Source: Macrostomum lignano (Eukaryota). Taken from it: 64,000 bases of DNA. Within the stretch, counting starts at the first letter, position 1. The number at the start of each line of letters is the position of its first letter. A program made the translations under genes and the position numbers. Shown here piece by piece: positions 1 through 11,451 of this stretch. The notes under the pieces are model-generated. The model did not search any database. It saw only the letters and a list, made by a program, of their open reading frames with translations, and was not told the origin of the DNA. The stretch covers positions 560,836-624,835 of the forward strand of contig NIVC01000413.1 in the NCBI GenBank assembly GCA_002269645.1, given 5' to 3'.

Positions 1-635
1 ATTGAATTATTGACGTAAAAATTAAATTTTAATACAAGCTACTAATAAAAAGCAATAAATTTTACACTTTAGCGGATCACAGATCAAAATTACACTATAT
101 TTACAAATAATAAGCATGTATGATTATAGGGTACCGACAATAAATAATAGGATCAATAATGTTAGAAGAGTGGCCAGCGCTAATATTAAAAGATTGGCTA
201 AGTTAAGGGCGATAGAACTTCAAAACCGTTATACGAGTAATCAATTTGAACACAAAAAATTCCAAATTTCAAAACAATTACGCAATAAAACAAACACAAC
301 TAAAAACAATTATACAAATTAAAAAACAAAAAATAGTGAATAATATTACAAGAGAGCTGCAAAAACATTTTATGAATATTTTCTTATTAGTGAATATTCA
401 CTTGATACATCAATAAAAATTGTTTGTTCAAATTTTCGGCGCTGCAGGTCGGACACTGTCAGTGGCCCTCTTCCAGTTAGAGTATAAAATGGCCTGGCTT
501 TCAGCGCAAGGTCTTGAAGCGTCAGCCGAGGTCACTGTAATTTAATGGTTTTGCAGATCATACAGATCTCAAACATGAATGTTGATACCGTTTAAATCTC
601 GAATATAACTTCACGTTCCATTTAGATCCCAAATA

Positions 636-766
636 CCGATTTAAAAGTCCAAATATTCGTTTATTTAAGCAAATATTGATTTAAATCTCAAGTATCGATT
701 TTATCCCAAAATATCGATTTCTATCTGTAAATATCGATTTTTATCAACAAATATCGATTTTTATCA
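636..766. repeat. Degenerate AAATATCGATTT(TTATC) repeat, continuing at 1125-1195 after the SINE
   Basis: Repeated ATCGAT-centred units visible on both sides of the SINE. Confidence 0.7.
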
Positions 767-1125
767 GGGGGGCCGTAGCCCAACGGTAGCGCAGCTGCTC
801 TGGTGTGCCAGCGACCCAGGCTCGATTCTAAGTGCAGTCACATTAATTTGGGGCTGAACTGGAATCTCGGCTTGGCTCTGCTCGTGCAATTAACGGCCTT
901 GAGAGCCAACCCCCCAAGGCGCAGTGAAGTGTACATGCCTAACGATAAAATAAAGTTAGGGCCGCTGTACACTCCTGTGTGAGTGTGTGCCTGCGTACGT
1001 ATCTGCGCGCTTGTGTGCCTGCTCAGGGGAGTCGGCGGAATGGGCAGCAATGCCTCTCGCCGGTTGTTGCCTATGTCGCTTAAAGTGCGCCAGGGTGCAC
1101 ACAACCCCCCTGCCTCTAATAAAAA
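767..1125 (+). mobile_element. tRNA-derived SINE, longest copy
   Basis: A box TAGCCCAACGG (776-786), B box GGCTCGATTCT (819-829); body shared with copies at 14090 and 53115; ends in AATAAAAAAA. Confidence 0.8.
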
Positions 1126-1224
1126 AATCGATTTTTATCTAAAAATACTAATTTTTATCTATAAATATCGAATTCTTGCCCTAATATCGATTTAGACCCC
1201 ATCAAGACCCAAGATCCCACTCAC

Positions 1225-4200
1225 CTAGTCAGTCCTGTGATAAGTGCCCCTCTGTAGGCCGCGCACATCCTCAACGAACTGGCCAAGATTATCCAGCGCC
1301 TCGTCGCGATGATCACCGTGCAGATCTGTACTGAAATTGGTGTTCCTCTTGTACCGGTTCGAGTCCAACGTGATCAATGGCTTCTTAGTGCCGGTGCCCA
1401 GAGCGGCGGAGGCAGAAGCAACAGGAGCAGATCGCTGGCTTGGTCCGGAGTCCAGAGTGTCGATGCCCAGAGCCAGGTTGAGTTTCTCCTGCATTGAGAT
1501 TGTGTGACTGCCTCCTGTACTGCCGCCGCCGCCGCGGCTGCTGGACACCTGGTGCAGCTGCGGCTGAGACATGTACACCTCAGGCGGCGGATGGCCAGGT
1601 GGCAGGCCGCTACCGCTAGCGCCTGAGGACAAGAGAGTCGCTCTCGTGCGCAAAAACTCGTCGGGATCCGGGATGCGACCGCCGCCGCCGCCAGATGGAC
1701 CGGCTGTGGAGCTTCTGTTGGTCTCTGGTTGAGATAGTTTAGGTCGGTGGTTCCGTTTATACAGAGTTTTATACTAGCCTGGCATACAGAATAATTACCC
1801 CCCCCGGAGACAAGCATAAATAGCATAATTAAAGACATATTTTTAGGACCTGATATGTTTTCGACACTGAAACAAAACACGACGATTCCAACACAAGTCC
1901 AGTTGTAACAAGTTGATCCTGACACCTGACACAATTATGACGGTCCTGACACCTGACACAATTATATAGGTCCTGACACCTGACACAATTATGACGGTCC
2001 TGACACCTGACACAATTATATAGGTCCTGACACCTGACACAATTATATAGGTCCTGACACCTGACACAATTATGACGGTCCTGACACCTGACACAATTAG
2101 ATAGGTCCTGACACCTGACACAATTATATAGGTCCTGACACCTGACACAATTAGATAGGTCCTGACACCTGACACAATTATATAGGTCCTGACACCTGAC
2201 ACAATTATATAGGTCCTGACACCTGACACAAATATGACGGTCCTGACACCTGACACAATTATGACGGTCCTGACACTTGACACAATTATGACGGCCCAGA
2301 CACCTGACACAATTATGACCGCCCTGACACACAGACATGACTACCCTGACACAATCCGCTCACCAACACTGATGCCATAGTTCTGCTGCTGCTGCTGCTG
2401 TCGTGGCTGAAAGTCATCCCTCATCGCCGCCTCGGCGCCACCCTGCTGACCAAGCGTCCTACTAGTCGAAGTTATCGTCGTAAATTCGTAGCCGCCGCGC
2501 TGTGTGGGGCTTGAAAACTGCTGCTGCTGCCGCTGCTGTTGCTGCTTTTCGAAAACTTCGTCGGACACGCTGCCGACAACGCGTCGATCCAGCGACACAG
2601 CCGATCGCAGCGGTACACCATTGGCGTCGTGCGTTTTCGATGGCATAGTTTTCGACTTCTGCTGCTGAACTCGAACCGCGCCAGTCGAAGCCGAGGCGGA
2701 AGACGATCCACGAGGTACAGCCGTACGACGCTGGGGAAACTTCGCCGCTAAATCGACACTGGCCCCGGTGTCCAAGTCCGTCTCCAAGTAGGAGCCGCCG
2801 CCGCTAACGCCCGAGCCTGCGACGCTGCTAATCGATACGAAAGATTTGCCGCTAGAGGCGCCGGCGGCGCGTTTGCCAAGGTCGGACATAAACGCAGCCA
2901 GGTTGGTTTTCTTGCGTCGATGCTCGGCGTAAACTGTTTCCAATTCGTTTAGTTCGGCCTCCAATTGTTGGCGAGTGACGCTGAACTCGCGGCTCTCCGG
3001 GGCGCTGGCGATTATGTCCGCGTCTACCGAGTCCAGGCCCGACTGGTTGGAGAATTGCCTGCGGGTTGTACAAGGATTGTCTTAGCTAGTACAGGATTGA
3101 TACTATCTAGTACAGGATTGATACTATCTAGTACAGGATTGATACTATCTAGTACAGGATTGATACTATCTAGTACAGGATTGATACTATATAGTACAGG
3201 ATTGATACTATCTAGTACAGGATTGATACTATATAGTACAGGATTGATACTATCTAGTACAGGATTGATACTATCTAGTACAGGATTGATACTATATAGT
3301 ACAGGATTGATACTATCTAGTACAGGATTGATACTATATAGTACAGGATTGATACTATCTAGTAAAGGATTGATACTATCTAGTACAGGATTGATATTAC
3401 ATGTATCTAGTACAGGATTGATATCACATGTATCTAGTACAGGATTGATACCATCTGGTACAAGATTGATACTATAAGGTAGCAGTCCAATATTGAAGCC
3501 GTCTCAACCGGGAACACGCGCAAAAATCACCTGGCCACATCGCGCTCCTGCTGCTTTCTCAGAAAGCCGACATTCGCTTTGACAGGCTTGAGCTCGCCAG
3601 GCTGCAGCAGGTGCTGGCGATACTCGGACGCAAACATCACATCGTCGCCACTATAAAGCGAGCCCATCGAGATGATATTATTAATAAACGTGATTAGTGG
3701 ATCGTGCAGTTCGATCTGATTATCGATTTCGCGCAATTCGGCCTGCATCCGATCGGCGCCGCGCATATCGGGCTGGTGACGCAGCAGGGCCAGGTAATAA
3801 TCGCGACGGCGCTCTAGGGAAGCCTTCTCCCGGTTGAGCTGGATCAACAGCAGCAGCAGCTCGTCGTGCGATTTGCCCAACAGATCGGAGGCGGCGATGC
3901 TCATGCGTTTGGCCAGGCCGGACACCGGGTACTTGCGCTTGATCTCGTCTAGGGGAGCAGTGGCCTGAAAATCAGAGTATATATTATTATACTACTTCTG
4001 AGTAGACTAAGAGAATATTAATTTCCCAAATTATTGATTTCCTGCAAAGCTTTGGGATCTTAGGGAATATTAGGAAAATTTAGCATTATCATATCTTTGA
4101 GACTTTTTTGAGATGCTTAGGGATTATATTAAGAAGTCTAGGGATATTATTAAGAAGCTCAGGAATTATAAAGAAGCTTGGGATTATTAAGAAGCTTGGG

Positions 4201-7200
4201 ATTAATAAGAAGCTTTGGATTATTAAGAAGCTTGGGATTATTAAGAAGCTTGAGGATTATTAGGAAGCTTATAGATTTTTATAAATAAGCTTGGGGACTA
4301 TTAAGAAGCTTAGGGATATTATAAAGAAGCTTGGCGATTATTAAGAAGCTTGGGATTATTAAGAAGCTTGAGGATTATTAGGAAGCTTATAGATTTTTTA
4401 TAAATAAGCTTGGGGACTATTAAGAAGCTTAGGGATATTATTAGGAAGCTTGGCGATTATTAAGAAGCTTAGGGATTATTAAGAAGCTTAGGGATATTAT
4501 TAAGAAGCTTGGGGATTATTAGGAAGCTTGGCGATTATTAAGAAGCTTAGGGATATTATTAAGAAGCTTAGGGATATTATTAAGAAGCTTGGGGATTATT
4601 AGGAAGCTTGGCGATTATTAAGAAGCTTAGGGATATTATTAAGAAGCTTGGGGATTATTAGGAAGCTTGGCGATTATTAAGAAGCTTAGGGATTATTAAG
4701 AAGCTTAGCGATTATTAAGAAGCTTGGGATTATTAAGAAGCTTTGGATTATTAAGAAGCTTGGGATTATTAAGAAGCTTGAGGATTATTAGGAAGCTTAT
4801 AGATTTTTATAAATAAGCTTGGGGACTATTAAGAAGCTTAGGGATATTATAAAGAAGCTTGGCGATTATTAAGAAGCTTGGGATTATTAAGAAGCTTGAG
4901 GATTATTAGGAAGCTTATAGATTTTTATAAATAAGCTTGGGGACTATTAAGAAGCTTAGGGATATTATTAGGAAGCTTGGCGATTATTAAGAAGCTTAGG
5001 GATTATTAAGAAGCTTAGGGATATTATTAAGAAGCTTGGGGATTATTAGAAAGCTTGGCGATTATTAAGAAGCTTAGGGATTATTAAGAAGCTTAGGGAT
5101 ATTATTAAGAAGCTTGGGGATTATTAAGAAGCTTGGGGATTATTAAGAAGCTTGGGGATTATTAAGAAGCTTGGGGATTATTAAGAAGCTTGGGATTATT
5201 AAGAAGCTTGGGGATTATTAAGAAGCTTGGCGATTATTAAGAAGCTTAGGGATTATTAAGAAGCTTGGGATTATTAAGAAGCTTGGGGATTATTAGGAAT
5301 CTTGGCGATTATTAAGAAGCTTAGGGATTATTAAGAAGCTTAGGGATATTATTAAGAAGCTTGGGGATTATTAAGAAGCTTGGGGATTATTAAGAAGCTT
5401 GGGGATTATTAAGAAGCTTGGCGATTATTAAGAAGCTTAGGGATTATTAAGAAGCTTGGGATTATTAAGAAGCTTGGGATTATTAAGAAGCTTGAGGATT
5501 ATTAGGAAGCTTATAGATTTTTATAAATAAGCTTGGGGACTATTAAGAAGCTTAGGGATATTATTAGGAAGCTTGGCGATTATTAAGAAGCTTAGGGATT
5601 ATTAAGAAGCTTAGGGATATTATTAAGAAGCTTGGGGATTATTAAGAAGCTTGGGGATTATTAAGAAGCTTGGGGTTATTAAGAAGCTTGGGATTATTAG
5701 GAAGCTTAGGGATTTTTATAAATAAACTTGGGGTCTATTAAGCAGCTTGGGGATTATTAGGAAGCTTAGGGATTTTTATGAATAAACTTGGGGACTTGTT
5801 ATATTAAGCAGCTTGGGGATCATCGAAAACCATTTGGATTTTTTATTAAGATTCACTGAAACGATTGCGAATCTTAGACGTTATTAAGGGGATTCCTTCA
5901 AAGTTTTGAAAGTACAATGCTCTTTAGAACAAAGCTCAAATTAACAAAACAACAGGCAAAAAACACTTACAATCACTTCGCTCTCGTCCATTTGCGGATC
6001 CTCGCGAACAGTTTCAATTGGTCGGCGATTGATGCTGAAATTAGACGCGCCCAGGCCGCTGTTGGGCATGCCGGCAACTCCGTAGCTGCCGCCGCCGCTT
6101 CTGCCCTGTTGCTGCTGCTGCTGCTGCTGGGTGCGCGTCTCACTTCGAACTTCGTAACGTCCGGTGCGTCCCATACCACCGGAAGCTGGCACAGACACTG
6201 GTTCCGCTCGAACCATGCCGATACCACCGCCCACTCCCGTGTTGCTGCCGTATTGTAGATTGTATTGGACTCGCTCCGCAGAGCCTAGTTAGATATAAAT
6301 TTTGAACATATATAATTTACTGTATTTTCCCCTATACACTACTTACCGCAGCAATAGAATAAGCATTTTATCATTAAAAAAAACAATCAAGATCCACCAA
6401 AATAAACTAAATTTCTTACCATCCGTGTAGGCCGCACCGTTGTTTCTAGCACTGGCTGAGATGCTCGAGTCCTGGGCTGCGGATTAAATTCGCAAACTTC
6501 ATCAGTAGGAAGGCGACTCTCGATGGGACTGGAGGGCGATTCTTAATGAGGCTGGATGGCGATTCTTAGTGGGACTGGATGGCGATTCTCAATGAGGCTG
6601 GAGGGCGATTTTCAATGGGACTGGAGGGCGATTTTCAATGAGGCTGGAGGGCGATTTTCAATGGGACTGGAGGGCGATTTTCAATGAGGCTGGAGGGCGA
6701 TTTTCAATGGGACTGGAGGGCGATTTTCAATGAGGCTGGAGGGCGATTTTCAATGGGGCTGGAGGGCGATTCTCAATGGGATTGGAGGGCGATTCTCAAT
6801 GGGACTGGAGGGCGATTCTCAATGGGATTGGAGGGCGATTCTCAATGGGACTGGAGGGCGATTTTCAATGAGGCTGGAGGGCGATTTTCAATGGGACTGG
6901 AGGGCGATTTTCAATGAGGCTGGAGGGCGATTTTCAATGGGACTGGAGGGCGATTTTCAATGAGGCTGGAGGGCGATTTTCAATGGGACTGGAGGGCGAT
7001 TTTCAATGAGGCTGGAGGGCGATTTTCAATGGGGCTGGAGGGCGATTCTCAATGAGGCTGGAGGGCGATTCTCAATGAGGCTGGAGGGCGATTCTCAATG
7101 GGACTGGAGGGCGATTTTCAATGGGACTGGAGGGGCGATTCTCAATGGGACTGGAGGGCGATTCTCAATGTGAATGGAGGGCGATTCTCAATGGGACTGG

Positions 7201-9357
7201 AGGGCGATTCTCAATGTGAATGGAGGGCGATTCTCAATGGGACTGGAGGGCGATTCTCAATGGGACTGGATGGCGATTCTCAATGAGGCTGGAGGGCGAT
7301 TCTCAATGGGACTGGAGGGGCGATTCTCAATGGGACTGGAGGGCGATTCTCAATGTGAATGGAGGGCGATTCTCAATGGGACTGGAGGGCGATTCTCAAT
7401 GGGACTGGATGGCGATTCTCAATGGGACTGGAGGGCGATTCTCAATGGGACTGGATGGCGATTCTTAATGGGACTGGAGGGCGATTCTCAATGAGGCTGG
7501 AGGGCGATTCTCAATGGGACTGGAGGGGCGATTCTCAATGTGAATGGAGGGCGATTCTCAATGGGACTGGAGGGCGATTCTCAATGGGACTGGATGGCGA
7601 TTCTTAATGGGACTGGAGGGCGATTCTCAATGAGGCTGGAGGGCGATTCTCAATGGGACTGGAGGGGCGATTCTCAATGGGACTGGAGGGCGATTCTCAA
7701 TGGGGCTGGAGGGGCGATTCTCAATGGGACTGGAGGGCGATTCTCAATGGGACTGGAGGGCGATTCTCAATGAGGCTGGAGGGCGATTCTCAATGAGACT
7801 GGAGGGCGATTCTCAATGAGACTGGAGGGCGATTCTCAATGAGACTGGAGGGCGATTCTCAATGAGACTGGAGGGCGATTCTCAATGAGACTGGAGGGCG
7901 ATTCTCAATGAGACTGGAGGGCGATTCTCAATGAGACTGGAGGGCAATTCTCAGTGGGACTGGAGGGCGATTCTCAATGGGACTGGAGGGCGATTCTCAA
8001 TGGGACTGGAGGGCGATTCTCAATGAGACTGGAAGGCGATTCTCAATGAGACTGGAGGGCGATTCTCAATGGGACTGGAGGGCGATTCTCAATGGGAACG
8101 GAGGGCGACTCTCACCAGTGCGCATCTGGTCGCCGCCAACCTGGCTCCGCTCCACAGTAGTGCTGGTGACAGTTGTAGAAGCGGCCCGCTGCGGCGGCTG
8201 CTGCATCTCGTACTGCTGGCGGAAGTTGTACTGACCCTCGGCCGTAGCCAGGGTGGGCTGGGACAGCCTCACGGAGGCGTGAGCGTTGGCATCGCCGCCG
8301 CCGCCGCCGTTCTCATCGCGATAATTGTACTGGTGATTGCGGGTCACCACTGCGGATTCGAGGTGTAAGAAGTTTCGTGCGTTACATAAGCTGTCGTACG
8401 CAGGTTAAGTGGAACAGGTACTTTGAATGAATGAATAAACGATTCTCAAGGGTGATTCCTGTGGGCGATTCTCAAGGGTGATTCCTATGGGTGATTCCTA
8501 TGGGTGATTTCTACAGGCAATTCTTAATGGTGATTCCTACGGGTGATTCCTATGGGTGATTCTTAAAGGTGATTCCTACGAGTAATTCTTAAGGGTGATT
8601 CATACGGGTGAGAATGGGAGAGAGGTGAGAGAGATGGAGATGTGGGAGAGACAAAGAAGCGGACAGATATGATTTAGACAGGACTAGACAAAAACTAAAA
8701 AGGGACACAGCAAGCCTTATCAAGACTCACCTTCAACTCCGCCACCGCCAAGACTGTCTCTCTGCTGCTGCTGCTGCTGCACGCGGCTAGTGGTGGTCTG
8801 CGAGGTGGTGACCACAGCCTGCGACTGGCTGCTGGAGCCAAACTGCTGCCCCTGCAGCAGCTGGCCACCGCCAGCAAACGAGATGTTCACCTGCTGCTGC
8901 TCAGGCTGCAGTCGCTGCATTTGAGCGGCCGAGGCCAGAGCTTCAAACCACAGTTGAAAATCTAGCGGAGTCTCGGTGCTCAGGTACACAGGCTGCTGAT
9001 TAACCTCTTCAACCTGGGTAGGGTTTAATTATACATGAGAAGTTACTTTTAAGAGCCGGGCTAGGGTAGAGGCGGGTTCACAAACGAGTACGACATCCAA
9101 GCATGCGACTGGGACCGTATAATCATTCAATCCGACAGACTCAGTGAGCCGCAACCCCACCGCCGCCGGCTCTCTCTTAGACTTATTCATCAAGAGTAAA
9201 GCGCAATTTTTGTGAGTGCAATACCGGTAGCGCTATGCATACACAGCAATTGTGCATGATTTGGCTATGCGTGCTTGGATTGGAAGGAATTTGATGGCAA
9301 AATTCACATTCCAATGTCTATTTTAAATTACATGTACAGATTATTTCCCTTCACGTT

Positions 9358-9391
<34 letters not shown>

Positions 9392-9439
9392 AAGTTAGTT
9401 AGTTAGTTTGTTTGTTTGTTTGTTTGTTTGTTAGTTAGC

Positions 9440-9510
<71 letters not shown>

Positions 9511-9511
9511 C

Positions 9512-9553
<42 letters not shown>

Positions 9554-9573
9554 GTTAGTTAGTTTGTTTGTTT

Positions 9574-9617
<44 letters not shown>

Positions 9618-9655
9618 GTTTGTTTGTTTGTTTGTTTGTTTGTTTGTTTGTTAGC

Positions 9656-9715
<60 letters not shown>

Positions 9716-9741
9716 CTGTTAGTTAGTTAGTTAGTTAGTTG

Positions 9742-9794
<53 letters not shown>

Positions 9795-9799
9795 CTAGC

Positions 9800-9873
<74 letters not shown>

Positions 9874-9893
9874 GTTTGTTTGTTTGTTTGTTT

Positions 9894-9985
<92 letters not shown>

Positions 9986-10001
9986 GTTTGTTTGTTTGTT
10001 T

Positions 10002-10065
<64 letters not shown>

Positions 10066-11451
10066 CCAAATTAGAATAACAGTAGAGTATTTAATGATCT
10101 CAATCACAGGTCAACCGTACCTTGATGGAGCTGCGGTACTGGCCGCTTGAATCGTGCGATTGAGTAACCCGAGAATTCGGCAGCAGAAGAGCGTAGAAAC
10201 ATTCTTTGCTGGTTTGCTCTGAAAGAAAATTAAAGTATTCAAGTGTTGTGGAGACTGACTGACTGACTGACTGACTGACTGACTGACTGACTGACTGACT
10301 GACTGACTGACTGACTGACTGACTGACTGACTGACTGACTGACTGACTGACTGACTGACTGACTGACTGACTGACTGACTGACTGACTGACTGACTGACT
10401 GACTGACTGACTGACTGACTGACTGACTGACTGACTGACTGACTGACTGACTGACTGACTGACTGACTGACTGACTGACTGACTGACTGACTGACTGACT
10501 GACTGACTGACTGACTGACTGTCAAGTCAATGCTGTTCTCACCTTTGTAAAGATACAGACAGAAATCGCACAGAACGGCCCAACGCTTTTTCCAACCGCT
10601 GCGACCTTTAAATGTTTCCTGGAATGTTTGTTTAGAGACAAGAGTGAAACGAGTAAAAGATAAATAATATTAATAATAATGTTAGTACCGTAAATGGGAA
10701 TTGTAGGCATTTTTGTGTTGGAATGGGGCTGGGCGCCACAATTTCGGCGTAGTTTTCAGATATAAACAGCGCCACAATTAAAATCAATAGCGCCACAATT
10801 AAAATCAATAGCGCCACAACTGATATCAATAGCGCCACAATTAAAATCAATAGCGCCACAACTGATATCAATAGCGCCACAACTGATATCAATAGCGCCA
10901 CAACTGATATCAATAGCGCCACAACTGATATCAATAGCGTCACAACTGATATCAATAGCGCCACAACTGATATCAATAGCGCTACAACTGATATCAATAG
11001 CGCTACAACTGATATCAATAGCGCCACAACTGATATCAATAGCGCTACAACTGATATCAATAGCGCTACAACTGATATGAATAGCGTCACAATTTATATC
11101 AATAGCGCCACAACTGATATCAATAGCGCTACAACTGATATCAATAGCGCTACAACTGATATCAATAGCGTCACAATTTATATCAATAGCGCCACAACTG
11201 ATATCAATAGCGTCACAACTGATATCAATAGCGTCACAACTGATATCAATAGCGTCACAATTGATATTAATAGCGCCACAACTGATATCAATAGCGCCAC
11301 AACTGATTTCAATAGCGCCACAACTAGTTTACAGCGACATTAGAAAAACCATGAAAAGCCAGAGACATTAATGTTTTCAAAAAGAACTTACATAACGAAG
11401 CAGAAAGCCTTTCATATCAACTTGAGGCGACTTCTGCAACTCGGTAGTCAT
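1225..11451 (-). CDS. PH-domain scaffold protein, PLEKHA5/6/7 (Drosophila kramer-like) family; join(11451-11392,10618-10543,10218-10121,9013-8731,8349-8116,6476-6420,6284-5971,3964-3531,3058-2364,1724-1225), 916 aa
   Basis: Ten exons with GT/AG ends and matching phases, summing to 2751 nt. The N-terminal PH domain reads DMKGFLLRY|ETFKGRSGWKKRWAVLCDFCLYLYK|EQTSKECFYALLLPNSRV...SIK|VEEVNQQPVYLSTETPLDFQLWFEALASAA, like the WKRRWFVLxDxCLFYYK of PLEKHA5/6/7. It is followed by the motif KRMSIAASDLLGKSHDELLLLLIQL and coiled coils. In-frame stop upstream of ATG 11451. Family call from recalled motifs, not a search. Confidence 0.85.
1916..2352. repeat. 27-bp intronic minisatellite CCTGACACCTGACACAATTATATAGGT, about 16 copies
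   Basis: Direct inspection; 9-aa periodic ORFs. Confidence 0.95.
3086..3476. repeat. 21-bp intronic minisatellite ACAGGATTGATACTATCTAGT, about 18 copies
   Basis: Direct inspection; (STGLILS)n ORF. Confidence 0.95.
4130..5820. repeat. 19-21-bp intronic minisatellite GATTATTAAGAAGCTTGGG, about 85 copies, with higher-order structure
   Basis: Direct inspection; block at 4213 recurs at 4741 (528-bp period). Confidence 0.95.
6512..8112. repeat. 23-bp intronic minisatellite GAGGGCGATTCTCAATG(GGA/AGG)CTG, about 70 copies
   Basis: Direct inspection. Confidence 0.95.
8438..8610. repeat. Degenerate 12-13-bp GGGTGATTCCTAT repeat related to the 23-mer
   Basis: Begins GGGCGATTCTCAAGGGTGATTCC. Confidence 0.75.
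9360..10066. repeat. (TTAG)n microsatellite with (TTTG)n sub-blocks
   Basis: Direct inspection. Confidence 0.97.
10253..10521. repeat. (GACT)n microsatellite
   Basis: Direct inspection. Confidence 0.97.
10760..11330. repeat. 21-bp intronic minisatellite AATAGCGCCACAACTGATATC, about 27 copies
   Basis: Direct inspection; (ISVVALL)n ORF. Confidence 0.95.

Noticed and set aside
116-322. 68-aa AT-rich ORF, and other short intergenic ORFs (21050, 31584, 32577, 36303, 54689, 56102)
   Set aside because: Low-complexity or AT-biased, with no motifs and no supported splice chain.
767-840. Possible tRNA gene (also 53045-53115 and 23585-23620)
   Set aside because: A/B boxes are present but there is no clean acceptor or anticodon stem, and the heads run into a shared non-tRNA body, so these are SINEs.
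10219-10256. Microsatellite AG (10255) as the main acceptor of PH exon 3
   Set aside because: The pyrimidine-rich acceptor at 10219 gives correct PH-domain spacing; the other is kept only as a possible minor isoform.
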